Of a stretch of DNA of 64,000 bases, positions 38,849-52,394 are shown piece by piece. The notes beneath the pieces were generated by a model, which saw only the letters and a list, made by a program, of their open reading frames with translations, was not told where the DNA came from and searched no databases. The DNA comes from Entomortierella parvispora E1425 (lineage: Eukaryota > Fungi > Mortierellomycota). How positions within the stretch are numbered: the stretch's first letter is position 1; every line of letters begins with the position of its first letter. The position numbers and the translations under genes are program-made. The stretch is taken from the NCBI GenBank assembly GCA_020891255.1, contig BQFW01000011.1:1860001-1924000 (forward strand). Reading direction: 5' to 3'.

Positions 38849-38986
38849 AAAAAAGCACGACATGTAGATATTGATACCACCGCCACAATAATAAGCCTTT
38901 CCTTGTGAAAAAGAACCATCAAAATGAAATGTAATTTTTTCTAGTTTTATTTTCATAGTAGATGCATGGTTATGGTACATTTGTAT

Positions 38987-41164
38987 TCACACTCTGGCAA
39001 AGACGCTTCTGCTTGTGACAATTCTGAGAGCAAGCAGAATCGCAGTTCCAATGGACATCATGATGCCCGTCCAAAGGATCACGCCTGTGTAGTCGGTCTT
39101 GTGGCCGACCGAGTCCAAAATCGCGCCGGATACGGGCGAACCAATAAGACTTCCAATAGCCATGCCGGCATAGATAATTCCTGCCACCGTCGCGAGTCTT
39201 TCCTGTCCGCAAATGGCTCCAGTGACGGAGACGGTGGAAGACAAGTAGGCACCGCAGCAAAGACCATAGAGGATCGAGAACACCATCATCACGCTCACCG
39301 TCTTCGCAAATGTCCAGATGAAGAGAATGCTGAGCGAGGCAAGGAAGGTCGAGATGAAGAGGGCATTGATGGCACCCATCTTGTCAGAGGCGAACCCCAT
39401 CACAATTCTACCCACAGCCGAGGCACCGTTCATCAGCCCGACCATCAAAGCGGCTGTAGAGCTATCAACGCCGTGCTGGACAGCGTACGAGTTGATATAG
39501 TAAAAGGGCGAAAAGTAGGCGCTCACCACGGCAATACCAGCAACGAACAACAGAGTGAACCGTGTGTTTTTGAAGATGGAGAAATCAATCATCTTGCGCT
39601 GCTTGTCCTGCTCCAAGGATTCGCCCTTGCGGTATCCAAATTTCTGGATTCGCTTGGCTCTCTGCACACCCGACTCTACGCGGGTACGGAACAGCATACA
39701 GACTGGGATCAGGATCACAAACTGAGCAATGGCCGTACACAACAAGGTCCAGCGAAGTCCCTTTGTTTCCAAAAACTTGGAAATCAGGGGAGACAACCAA
39801 AGGCCACCGATACCACCACCACTGATACTGATTCTGATAGAAGAAAAAACGAGACACAAACAAAAAGATGGTGAGCAGGGCGTAGTAGGGTAACATGCAT
39901 GTACATGTATGCAGAAGACTGCAGAAAAGGCATGTTGTTCCATCAAGCTCACTTGGCTGAGGTTCAATTGCTCCCATGCTTAAAAATTTACCCAGTGACC
40001 AATCCTCGGTTCGCCTTGAACCATTGAGAAGGCAAGCTTAGCGAGGCAAAGTAGACGAGGGAGGATCCACCTCCATAGAGGAGACCTTGCGTGAGGTACA
40101 GCATCCAGACTTTGGTAGAAAATGCGGCTGCCACGAGAGCGAGCGTCATGATGACTACACCCACCAAAGCAGAGCCACGATGACCGAAATGATCGCAGAT
40201 CGAGCCCGTGAAAGGACCTCCCAAATCAAGGGCCACGATGGTTAATGAGCCGATCCATGCTAGCTCGAAAGAGTTGGCTGTGCCGTTGAACGTGTTGGAG
40301 AGATAGAAGCTCTATTGATTTCCGAAGACCGAAGGGACCCAAGAATAAAAAAAAAAAAAAAAAAAAAGAGGTGCAGATTGGTCAGTTAGTCTGGAGTCAA
40401 TACCACATCACACCACCAAGAGCAAGAGAGGACTGATCATCCACCCCCTTGGGCCCTCCAAGCGCACGTATCGCAAATCCCAGCGATTTAAGCAAACCCT
40501 GCTGTGGAAGGACCAGTTGAATCGAGCACAGAGCCACGGAAAATAAAGATGCGGGCGGGGAAGGAAAAAAAAAAGAAAATTTTTTTTATCCCACGCCATG
40601 AGGCTATGGTGAACAAAGTTTACTCCAGCAAGCCCAGCAAAAGGGCTGAAAAGAGTCATCTCTGTTGGGTGTTGTGCTCGAATTGGAGGCGCCTGATGCA
40701 CACCTTTCTGGCTTGCTTGCTTTTTCTTTTCTGTTTTGGAAGCACAGAGGTCAAGGCGACTCAAACAAAAACGCGCAGCAACCACACCTGAGACCTCACT
40801 GATCAGGGATCAAAATATCGTGTCCAAAACAGGACAACAAAAAACGGAGCAATTGTCAATTGATGAACAGGGGGAAAAAAGGGACGGATTTTGATGTTCT
40901 CACCTGGTAGACACCATACACATTGCAGATACCCATACTGATCATCTGCGACACGAAGGAAGCAAAAACAATGACCCAACCGTACAAGGGGCCATCCACT
41001 AATACTGGCTCCTCGGATGGATCAAATGCAGAGGCTTTCTCGACATCCACTTCGGTCTTTTCATCGACCTGACCAATTGTCAGGTCAGAATCCTCGTGCT
41101 TCAGAGGTATAGGTGATTGACCAGGGGTGGTGGCCTTTTGATCTGTGGGCTGATGTTCTGACAT
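38987..41164 (-). CDS. MFS transporter, MCT/MCH family, paralog 2, multi-exon
   Basis: DGPLYGWVIVFASF, CDHFGHR, LPSQWFKANRGLVTG, SGGGIGGL, GRIVMGFASDKMG. Intron layout similar to paralog 1. Confidence 0.92.
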
Positions 41165-42199
41165 TGAGAATATTGTCGTTTAAAAACGTTGACAGGTGTT
41201 TGATGTTTAAGGGGAGAATGTGTGGCTGAAAAAGGAGGTAGAAGGATGAAGGCTAATAGTGTCGATCAATTGGGTGTTGGGTTGGCGAAGCCAGCAGATG
41301 GATGGTGGTACAGATCGACAAACAGGGATATATGTGGGCGACCGGGTATAAGATTAATCTGCTGTACAGTGCTGTTTGAGCGAGCAGTTGGGATAAGAAT
41401 TGAGAAGAGGTTGAGAAACAAAAAGAGAGAGGGAGGGCAAGGATGAGCTGGCTCAGTTTTATACGAAAGAGGTGAAGCAAGCGGCCAAAAAGAAAAAAAG
41501 TTGCGGTTCGGGGGATACTGTGAGAATCGATTTGTTTGGTTTGTCGGGGATCAACTCAACGCCGATTAGGATTTTCATTTTCAGTCATGTTTAGCCTCTG
41601 CCTCTGCTGATCCTCAGCGCTGTGGTGAACGCCCGACCACCCTCCGGAGGGACAGCAGGAAGTTTTAGCAGCAAGTAAATACCTGCGTCAGGTTTTATGC
41701 ACAGTACTAGGAAGGTTTACCAAAGGAGGTTTTAATTGTTCGTCCTCCTTCTCCTAGAGCTCGATTTCTAAGCAAATGAACGAGTGACCGGGTGACTCCC
41801 ATGACTCAACCAGCCAACGGTCTGGCGCAACTCTCCACTGTGTCTTGAACAAGTCTGCCTACATGTACTGTAAGGGTACAGATGGAGACGAAGGATCAAG
41901 GTTCTTCGAGTCACAGCACTACGGCTGTCCCTTTTCCCGCTCCAACGGGGCTGCGGCGGCTGGGCGAGATCTGTGCTCTGCCCTGGGAATCTGCCGCCAA
42001 AAAAGGAGAACCACCGTCGCGTTCGCAGTCACACTTTTTTTTGCCAACAACAACAAAAAACAACGCGTCAAATGAGCGAGCACTTCAAACTGCCAAAAAA
42101 GCGCGCGACGGTCCTTCTTTCCCTCTCAAGACTCTCTTCACCTCGACATCCATCTCTCTTCACTCCCTCTCCCCTCCCACCCTAAATCCTCCATTCACC

Positions 42200-42985
42200 A
42201 TGAGCCCAAGCAACAACGAGAAGCGTCCCCTCGAGTCTGAATCCTTGCCCCCTGCAAAGCGTGCCTCTCTCACCCCCATTGACGGACCTGCCATTGCCAT
42301 CGCCTCTATGCCTGTTCCCACCCCTGTCAAGCTCGGTCAATTGCTTGTCAAGAAGTTGTCCGACAAGGCTCGTCTCCCCACCCGTGGAAGCAAGCATGCC
42401 GCAGGATTTGATTTGTACAGGTAAATAACCAACTCTTCTTTTTCTCGAATGGTGGAAGATTGAATGAAATGGACGACCAATCAACTGACTTTTTTTTTTT
42501 TTTTTGTTGTTGTCCTTGTGGGTGAATAGTGCCAAGGCCATGACCATCCCCGCACAGTCGCAGGGTATTGTCCCTACCGATATCAGCATCGCTGTCCCAG
42601 AGGGAACCTACGGTCGTGTCGCTCCTCGCAGTGGACTCGCTGTCAAGCACTTTGTTGACACCGGAGCCGGAGTTGTTGACTTTGACTACAGGGTAAGTTG
42701 ATAACCTCCGGAATGTACTTGGCACAGGTGACTTTTTTTATTCCTCTTTGGAGATGACGAGGTTCTAAGTCGTTCCTGCGCTCTCTTTTTCCATAATGAT
42801 AGGGTCCTGTTGGTGTTGTCCTCTTTAATTTCGGAAAGAAGGACTTTGTGATCGAAGAGGGTGACCGTGTTGCTCAGTTGGTGCTCGAGAAGATTCACAT
42901 GTGCGACGCTGTCGAGGTGGAGGACTTGGATGACACTGAGCGTGGCTCTGGAGGTTTCGGCAGCACTGGTGTCAAGCTTGCTTAG
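42200..42985 (+). CDS. DUT1: Trimeric dUTP pyrophosphatase, 3 exons (42200-42420, 42530-42692, 42803-42985)
   Basis: [41 protein letters not shown]: all five dUTPase motifs. Confidence 0.97.
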
Positions 42986-43209
42986 AAAGGATTCTTTCGT
43001 CTCTGTTCTGTTCTGTTTTTTTTCTTTTCTTCACCATAATTCCTTTGTGTTTTGCTTTCATTCGTTCGTTTTGCTTTCCATGTACATATATAAAACGTCG
43101 GGCGACGTGCGCCAATTCATTTTTGGGGGTATTACGAACAACGTCAGCTATCTAATCTTGCTAGAGCAATAAACCCGTGCCAGATTTGCCCTCCCCTTTG
43201 TCCCCATTG

Positions 43210-44157
43210 TCATGAACTCTCGCGACTTTCCTGGCGAACTTCAGGGGTATCCGTGGGGCGTGCAGAATTGTCCAATGGAGCAGTATGATCGGGAACAGGT
43301 GGAGAATTTGGAGACGCAGGACTAACGGGTCGAGGAGGAGCGTCATTTGGTGGCGCAACCCCTCTCATTGTTTCTACTGCCGTTGCTATGGCGGCAGCGT
43401 ACGCGGGTGGTTTCCCGGCGTCCACCATAAACGGCGGCGGACTCACATCGTGTTGGTATGAAGGTGCCACGAACGAGACAACACTGCTAAAGGCTCCGTC
43501 GCCCCCAGCAGCGGCCCCGATCGGCTCCTGCTGATATGGGTAGACGTAGCGTCTAGATTCGGCAATCTGTTGATACGCGTTCAATCTCGCAGCCAGAGTC
43601 GGAGCATTCGTGGGAACCATATTGGACCTTCTTCCTGTGTTGCCTGTTGCAGCCAAAGCGCGAGCATGCCGTTGAGCCAAAGACATATTGGACCGGCGTG
43701 CACGCGCCTCAGCCAGAGCACGGTTTTGTCGATTCACATAGGCGCAGCGCAAGGTCACGACCAAGATGATGAAGCCTCCCAAACAGCCGAGAATCAGCTG
43801 AACTGGAAGACTCTCGAGTGGGGCGTGACCCGAGACCTGGGAGGTGTTGGTGGGAGTGGGTGTCGCCCCGATGTTCCCTCCACTGGTGTCAGTCGAGATG
43901 GAAGTAATGGCAGGCAGGGATATCGAGGAAGTGACCCAAGCTGTAGACGACGGCGTTAGTATTCCGGAGAGGGTGGGTTCTTCCACTCCTGGTTGTTGTC
44001 GCTTGGATAAATGTCGTGCGGGTCGACGTTGTCGTATTGTCCGGTAGGGCTGCGGGGGTTCAAGATCATGACCCTCGTCGGTGTGGCCAAAATTAAAAGT
44101 CGAGTCGTGCGATTGCCTCCTTTTGCCTCGTTTAAATTGCATCTCTGATGAGTCCAT
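43210..44157 (-). CDS. Uncharacterised single-pass membrane protein with a Ser/Thr-rich N-terminal part and a Pro-rich tail carrying a PPxY motif
   Basis: 315-aa ORF; TM VQLILGCLGGFIILVVTL followed by basic residues; PPAY motif. The true 5' end may lie in an upstream exon. Confidence 0.7.
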   Translation of the reverse strand: MDSSEMQFKRGKRRQSHDSTFNFGHTDEGHDLEPPQPYRTIRQRRPARHLSKRQQPGVEEPTLSGILTPSSTAWVTSSISLPAITSISTDTSGGNIGATPTPTNTSQVSGHAPLESLPVQLILGCLGGFIILVVTLRCAYVNRQNRALAEARARRSNMSLAQRHARALAATGNTGRRSNMVPTNAPTLAARLNAYQQIAESRRYVYPYQQEPIGAAAGGDGAFSSVVSFVAPSYQHDVSPPPFMVDAGKPPAYAAAIATAVETMRGVAPPNDAPPRPVSPASPNSPPVPDHTAPLDNSARPTDTPEVRQESRESS

Positions 44158-46170
44158 AAGGTGGGTGCAGTATAGAGGATGAAGTTGGCGATACTAAAGC
44201 GGTTAAGGGAAGGGTCTCTGGATGCTGGGGTTCGGTATAAAGGGGGCGCGGGAGTATCGGGAACAGGAAGCAGGTCTAACTGAAGACTCTGGAATCCGCG
44301 TCAAGAGAAAAAAAAGATCAAAGAACAAAAAACAAAGACAGGAAAGAAGGGAAGGAGAGAAAAAGAAGGAAAAGTCGTTCTCAAAGTGCAGCTCGGCTCC
44401 AGCCGCTGACATTTCATTAAAAGACTGTCAGAGTTTTCAAACGAATGTGATCATGAAGACATGCAGTCAAGTACAGGGACGTCTGCCAATGCCTGTGCGC
44501 CATAGGGGTGAATCAGCCCAAGGCTTGATTCGATATAAAAAAAATCCCTCATTAGGCCTACTTAGAGGCTCTTTGCACTCTTTTCTGTTTTCCAGACTTC
44601 CTTCTATCCTCCATTCGCCCGCAGATCATGTTCCTGAACACAGACAACCAGTGCCGTTCTCATCTTTTACCAGGTCGGGGGAAATAAAACGATGGAGGAG
44701 CAATCAACAAATGAGAAACCATCGTTCAATGATGTTCTAGGGCCACCAAACCACATATTTTTTTTTTAAAATTTTTTTCTCTGCGAATAGGAGAAATACC
44801 GCAAATCAAACTTGTCAATGTTTGAAGTCAAGGTCGCGGAGTGAAGGAGGCCAAACCCTTGCCCTTTGTCCCCTACTTTTTTAGCAAGAGGGAAATGTTC
44901 TCAAAGGGCGTGAGGCTGCAAGAGAAAAAAAAATAGCGCACATTTTTTTTTGCCTGCCAACAAAAAAAAAAAAAAAAGGCGCGTTGTTCTCTTTGGTCCT
45001 GACGTTTCACAGACCGGATGTCATTTTTTCTGACCAATTGTGGGTGCAACCAAAGTCGGACAACCCTATTCCTTGCTAGTGTCTTTCTTTGCCTTGAAAA
45101 TCGATGCCGAGGATGGATTGGGGACGACAAGTAAGGATGCAGGGGGGAGCACAGGAGCTGTGCGCGCTGACCATCTGCAACTGCCTGATGGGAAAACACA
45201 GAGTTGATAGATGTCATTTGTGCTGGCTGCTGCCACAAAATCAAGGTAGTTCGATGTGTCCAGATGTACAAAACATGCAATAGCAGATGATGAAAACAAA
45301 CAAGAAACGATAGGCGACGCGTTTGCTTTGCCATGCAAGTTCAGTAGAAAAAATAGACATTTTCCGTAAAAGGGGGTACTGTTTGCGCAAGCGGATCAAT
45401 TCATCATCCAGTCTAGGGTAGATAGATGCCTCTGAACAAAAAGCAAGCACTGTGCGGTTGCAGGAAAAACTGCCGTGGTGAATCACGATCTCTTCTTGAT
45501 ATATGATATCGTGTGTGTGTGTGTGTGTTGGGGGGGGGGGATGACAGGCAGTGCACAGGATAACGATGTGGGATCGATACGTGACCCGATGTGGTTTGCA
45601 AGAGTGAGGATCGAGGACAGCAGCGATGAACAGAGAGCACGAGAGGAGAGAAGGAAAGAAGGAGAGAGGGGTGCAGGGGAAGGGGAAGAAGATGAAGATC
45701 CAACAAACAAAGGCGAGGCTGGCAGACATAGCCTGCAGCATATGGCACAATCTGCACAATGGACCCAAGGCCCAAAGCCACCCACCCCATCCCCACCCGT
45801 CGAAAGCCCCCCAGGTGCGAAGTCCGTGCGCTGTCCTTCTGCGCTTGCTCTCCACCACTCAGTGGCCGTCGACCATTTCCATTTCCATTTGCATCCGTCC
45901 GTCTCTGTTGCATCGCAGACATCACCACCGCACCACACCATCCAGACTGATTGCTGTGCATCTCGACTTCTTCCTCTCTTTGTTTCCACCTCGAGTGCAT
46001 GCATTGCTCGTGAGCTGAACCGCTCGGACACCGTGTGCGTTGCGACTTAGCCTGGAATTCTCCTCCTCCTCCCTTCTTCTCCTCCTGCCTCCTCTGTTAT
46101 TTTATCTCCCTCCCCTTTCTCTCCTCGCTCTGCCGTTCTCCTTTCCTCGTCTATATACTGCATCAGCAAA

Positions 46171-49100
46171 ATGTCAAAACCAATGCCAATGGCAATGTCC
46201 ATATCCATGCCAATGACCCCCGAGCAGGATGACCCCATGGAGTCATGCGAACCATCCTTTCTCCGGCCGCCTCGTCGACCAAAAGAATCACTTTTACGGT
46301 CCCTCAGAGCTCGGGAACTCGGTGCAAACAGAAGAAAATGCCCGGCGATCGCCTCTCGTCTGCTCTACCGGTCCATCCACCCCAACTCGACCGTCCATGC
46401 GGTTGACTGCCAGTTCTCCAATCTCAAGCGGTTCACGCCCTGTGGCCAGGTAGGGGTTATTTTGCAGTCAATGGTGGATTAGTAATTGTAGGATTTCTCC
46501 GACTGCAGAAGGTTTCTTCATAGACACCAAGGGCTTTCGTTTTCCCTTTGGATATACTGAATCCCAAGAGTCCCTGCAACACAAAGATCGCATCACTGGG
46601 GAAGAGGCTGGATGACTTTTGTGCTCTTGCTGAGCGATCCTAAAATGATTTCTAATCATAATTTTTTATTTTTATGCTACCCACGCCGCACATTGAAATT
46701 GCCAATGTACAGTACCTAATAGGCATGTCTAAGAATCAGCGATCGATTCACATCTACAGATTCAAAGGGTCAGGGGGACCCCCGGACGAGCGCTCCAGAG
46801 ACCAGCTACAATTCAAGGATTTCTTCGACCTTCAGCACGAGACAATGGTTCTTCGAGATTCGGAGCAACTCTCAAAGGACTTTTGTCTTGTTACTGCAAA
46901 CGGACGATTTGTAAGGCAGCGCAGACCTTGAAGTGTTGATGTGGGGATGGCACGAGGGTTTTTTTTACCCCCGCATTTCTGACTAATTCCTTGGAATTAT
47001 TGATGGCATTCATTTTTTAGATCATTGTGGCGGCTGTATCACCAATGACTGGCAGCTCTTCGGATGGCCGATCATATCCATGCTCTTTGAACTGTATACC
47101 CAACTTGGACACAGTCGTGTTCTATGTTCTGGAGCTGACCACGGGAAAGGTACTGTCCGCATCCGCATCCCCATTTCTTGTTTTGTGCACCTTATCATAA
47201 TTCTAAGGGATTACGAATTATTTCTTTAGATCATCGACAGACGCGAGTTCAAAAACGAGTACATTACTATCGCCCACCATTCTGGAGTCAGTCTCTATGA
47301 CAACTTGTTTGCCGTCATGTTGATCCAGAGTCAGGCGATCCAGATCATCCATATCAAGGTAAACCTTGACTTGTAATGGTTTGATGTCTACGCAACAGAC
47401 TCGATCTAGAAACCCCACTCACCTCTCCACCTCTTGCCGAATAGAACGACGGGAGAATGATTGATCTACATCGGATAGGCTGGTTTAATCACGATGACGA
47501 TGAACTGGTTCTAGCTCGTTTCCGGGACTTCAACGAGCAATACCTTGCCAGACAAACTGAAACATCCAACTCTCCATTTTTCCTGCATGGACTCAGCCTG
47601 AAGAATGAGGACTATGGCGACTATCGAGGCAAGGATAAATACGACTCATTTGCAGTAGCCCCGACGATCACTTCTCTGGCAGCGGACTTTATCCCCGATG
47701 CAACATACCACCAAGTCCCTACCAACTCCAGTACCAGCAGCAGCATTGGAGCACTCCGGTCAAGCATTGTGCAGCCGACATTTGTTAACCAGGTATCTTT
47801 CAACACTCAAAAGAACCGGGATGAGGTAAGGCTCTGGATTGTCTGGGCATCTGCTTTCAGAATATTTCTAGCACCCTCTTACTTACATCCTTCTTTTGGA
47901 TTCGCGTTAGCCACATGCACAGACCATCAGTGGGATCAAGCAGCGGCTGATGGCCTATTTGTTCAGGAAGGCGTTCGATGCGGACGATGAGTAAGATTGG
48001 AATCGCCCTGCTTTTAACTTGTTTGTCCTGTGAAATGGCCAATGCCTAACAGTCATTGATTCCAATTACTTAGTGGGGCGGCTCTCAGACATTTCCACTT
48101 GACGTTTGACCAGTTTTCAAGTCTTATCATGTTACGGATGCAATTTCTGGATGAATCGACGCTTCTCATCAAATTCGGCAAACTGGATTGTGTCATTAGC
48201 AGAGTAGGTGCAAAAACATATTTTTATCATTGAGTAGACTCGTTTGTATTGTTATAGTGAACTAATCCTTTGCAACAGTCGGATAGCACCTATCAAACAG
48301 CATTCTTTGTGTTTTACGACATCAAAACAACCGAGATTCTTCAAGTATACGACAATGCTTCGGAGGAGTTCCTCCGGATATACGAGGCATGGGCCGATCA
48401 GTTCTGTGCGACGGCTTACTCTACTGCAGGAACCGACAAACGACACTTTTCTTCAACGTGCTCCAACAATATCTTTACCAAGGATCATCTCAAGAAGACA
48501 CAGTATGGCATGCGCCATGCCAGAAACGGAGGGTAAGATAGATCCAAGCAGCCCAGCCCACCGATGCCGTGAAATCCAGCTGAGGACTAATGGCCTGCTC
48601 GCTGTTTTATTCCGCTAGGTCTGCACAAGCTGTGAAAAGATCGCTTTGCGTTCTTCCGTACAGTCCCCAATCTCTAAGTGACAGCCCATATCTGGATCAG
48701 GCCTTGTTCAGTTATGATGAAAAGGTCATTTCAGCATCAGATCGGTAAGTGGATACATGGAGACTTGGGAAGGAGCTGTCGAACTGAATCCAATCAACAA
48801 TACTAAACCTTTTTTTTTTTTTTTGGAAATGATAGACAGCGGCCATGTCAGGATTTCCCAATCAAATTCTATCTGCGAGGCAGTGGAGAACTACGTTTCA
48901 AGATTCACCTCTTCAGGCCAGGCGTTCAGGGCGGTGGCGGCAGCAGCAACAACAGCAGTAATGGAAGCGTCAACAATGCAAGCGCGGGAATCAACAGCAA
49001 CAACACACTGAATGCTATGACAAATAATGGAACCAATACCAACAACAATGCAAACTCTGGAGGCGGAGGAACAACGGCTGTGCGATCCAAGAAGGTGGCG

Positions 49101-49211
49101 ACGTTTATTGCCCACCCTCGTGAACCGTTCATCATCTCGATTATCCAGCAGCATTTGCAACCCACGATTCTGAACTTTCATATCCGGTCCTCGGACCCAG
49201 AACCGTTGTAA
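46171..49211 (+). CDS. DET1: DET1 (de-etiolated 1) homolog, CRL4/DDB1 adaptor, multi-exon
   Basis: LKRFTPCG, LSKDFCLVT, IAHHSGVSLYDNLFAVM, FLDESTLLIKF, SPYLDQALFSYDEK and FIAHPREPFIIS are collinear with animal and plant DET1. Confidence 0.88.
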
Positions 49212-51337
49212 TGTAAAGTACCCCACTACCCTCTCTTCATTTTCAAAATTTGATCTGTGACACAAAGGAAGAACAGACGTCTTTATGAATCTGCCAATGA
49301 TGTGTAAAATAAACACCACGGGACGCCAACATGGCGAAGCCCGCGACCATGAGATTTATCAGACCGTAAAGGACCTGCAAGAGGAAGACTGAGAAGCGGG
49401 GCTGACTGGCCGAGTGAGCGGCAGATGGTGTTTGCAATCTGAAGTGGTGGCTGCTGAGCCAAAAGTCCTTGTGTTCTGGAGAGGAGCCAAGGTGATAAAC
49501 TGAATGGATGTTCGGATCCCCGGACAAAAAGGAATTTGAGGAAGAAGGGAACGCAATGTGCCTGGGGGATCGGCCTGTGGCGGAGTTATGGAATTGGTGG
49601 CGCGCCGCAGCGGTGTGGCAGTGTGAAACAAAATTGGTGGCCAATCTGAGCTCCCTGAGGAGAGACGCGACATTTGGGGTGCTGAAAAGACAGGGGGATG
49701 AGAGACAACGGGAGACAACACAACAGCTACCCTTGGTTGTGTCGAAAGAAAAGAAGGTTGTGAAAGACGCCATTGCTCATGGGGGTGTCAAGAAGGAGAA
49801 TGTGCTCGCATGACACCATGCTGGTGGTTGGTTGTCAACGGGAAAAGGCCTAAAAGGAAAGAAAGAGTCGGAGAGCACGCCTGTGTCATCCCCGAAGACG
49901 GAGGAGGCGCACAGATGGTCACCAGTGGGGACCCCCGGAGGAAAAAAAAAGACAAGTGGTTCTTGCTGAGCGGACCAAAAGGGCTGTCGCAACGTCACCA
50001 GTGCCGCTACGGCTATTCCGTAGCCTGACCCTGTAGACTCCAACACTGATAAGCAGTAGTTGCCGCTGATGCTTCATTCAACCAATAGTGTATATAAAAC
50101 TGCCCTATATATATGGGTATTTTGAGGACGACAAACATTTGCGGTACCAGAGGTGAAAATGGTAAAATGATTTCAATCGACGTGTTTGTTGACAAAACCG
50201 TTGCATGGTGCCAGCACGCAATTGGCCAGAAAATAGAAGAATCGCATGTAAAATGGCAGTCAGTCATCGATGTGGCTTGTTGCGTCGATGCGACGGACGT
50301 AATGTCCATGGGGATTTTGTGCACTGGCAATGGTGGGCACCGTTGACAGCAGCTGCTTGATAATTAAGGAGCGCCGGACCCTTTCGACCCTGCCAGCAGA
50401 AATGAAAAGGAAAAGGGCTTTTTTTGGGCCCTTTTCCTTCCTTCTTCATCATCACCCCCTCCCACTTCCCAAACGCCCCTTCGGTCAGTCACAGTCGCTG
50501 GTCAGTAGCTCGTCCTTTGAGCGCGGCTAGAACTGTGAGCTGGACCCCTGGTAAAGGCAAAGAACGGCTCTGGGGTGATGCCCAAGCCGATTGACCTTCA
50601 ACTCTGGGACCAGTCTAGATCCTTTGGGGTGATGCCCAGGTCTCTGTTTGGTTCAGAGACGCAGGGCCCGAGTGGATGTATGAGAATCTACTTTGACCTG
50701 AAGTTCACTGGTGTGAGCTGAAAAAGTCCCTTGTCCCTTTTTTTTTCTCACTTATTTTTTTGAGGACAACAACAAGGGGTGGTGTTTTAGGTTGGCATGG
50801 TCGTCGGCGAGATCAGTTCTCTGAGCAGGATACCTGTCAAAAGGGTCCAAAAGGAGCCGAAGGAGCGTCGTCGGTCCATGGGAGGAGATGAATATCTGAA
50901 CGAGACAGGTCCCTTTGTGTCCCTCACGATGACAATTGCCACCACAACATTTTTTGGGATGCGAAAGATCTGTCGCCTGCTCGTTCGCGCATCCTGCCCA
51001 ACTTTAGTTCTCTGATCAGAGAGCTGGGGTTGACTGAGAGTAGACCTCTAGATAGAAAAATAAACATACAGGCATTTTAACAATGAACAACAAGTGGTCG
51101 AAGGGATGCATTCGTCCTCGACATTGAGCGACATCCATGGCGCGTGGCGCGACTGAGCTTCGCCCAGGCAGGCGGCAAAAAAAATCTTTTGATTATTTAT
51201 TAAAATTTATTCAAGGAGCTGATAATTCCCATTTCTGCTTCGGGCGGGGACAGAACCTCCAGATCGTTTCTTTTTTTTGGTCCATTGAACATCCCTTTCA
51301 CAACCGCATCACAGGGAGATCAATTCGAAACGACACA

Positions 51338-52163
51338 ATGGGCTGGTTTTCTCGTTCATCCACCACTACGGCCTCGGAAGCAATCCAACAGGAAGATCAT
51401 TCCGTCAAGGCTGATCAGCACACAACCGACGCTTCAAATAGTCAACAACAGCAACAACAACCACAGCAACCAGAGAGTAGTACCAGCAACGTCAACAGCC
51501 AAGAGAATAGCCAACCACAATCAGATCCCGAGACTCAATCACCGACCACTACGCCCACGACACAGCACCATGGCTACAATGGAGAATTACCCGAGGCTCT
51601 TCATTTCAAGGAATACGAAGATGCTGACGATATCTATGCTCGTTTCAAGGTTGGAGACGCCATGAACCATTTGGCTGCCTGTTCATGTAAGAAGACCAGA
51701 TCTACCGCCACGAGGATGAGGAGAAGAAAAAGGGCAGGAGGAAGATAGAAGGTTCTTGGCTTAAACGTTACAATTGACCCGAATGTGTATTCCTTTTTTG
51801 TCCATAGCATTGGGATCCAACATTCGCAACTACTACCGCTTCGGAACTTTCAGGGACTGTACCGACAAGTATGACCACTTGAAGTTCTGTCTGAGCCTCA
51901 AGACTAAATCCACCCAGGTGGCGCAGGTCATGATCCAGAAACACGATGCGGAAATGAAGGTCAAGAAGGCTGGTCAACCGAACTCGGAAGATGTCTGGAC
52001 CAAACGAACGTAAGGAGAAACCTGGCCTTGATCCTTTGCGGGTTATGTGTAACGGGGGAGGATCGGCACCTATGCTTTCGATACTTACAAAGTGATATGA
52101 CACTGTCCTTGTTCTTTTAGACATCCACCAGAAGATTTGGTCAGCCTGTCCAGACAGGGATAA
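51338..52163 (+). CDS. EMI1: EMI1 / DUF3128 family protein, 3 exons
   Basis: C..SLGSNIRNYYRFGTFRDC..KY..LKFCL..SEDVW twin-Cys pattern. In-frame GT-AG introns at 51687-51807 and about 52010-52120. Confidence 0.8.
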
Positions 52164-52394
52164 TGCGGGAAACTCTGCCCGTTTTCATAGCCACCAAACC
52201 AATGTAAAAGCAATCAATCTAATATCATGACCCAAGTCATTCCTGATTCAGATGATTTGGTCAATGGGGGGTCCTTTTATTAGAGTCCTCATCGCGGTGG
52301 ATGGAGGGTAGGGGCGGTCAAAAATGTACAGTGTTTAAGAAGAGTTGCATCAGGTGGTCGGCAGTGGTATCGAGAGAAGGACAATCGGTCTCTT

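Noticed and set aside
44200-46170. Multiple overlapping 100-200 aa ORFs between the TM gene and DET1; similar ORFs at 25094-26174 and 49243-50455
   Set aside because: Low-complexity promoter and UTR sequence and microsatellites depleted of stop codons; no recognisable domains.
50660-50730. TGAGAA...ACCTGA resembling a TPP riboswitch core
   Set aside because: The P5 stem-loop and the downstream CG..GGA strand are missing, and there is no adjacent thiamine gene.
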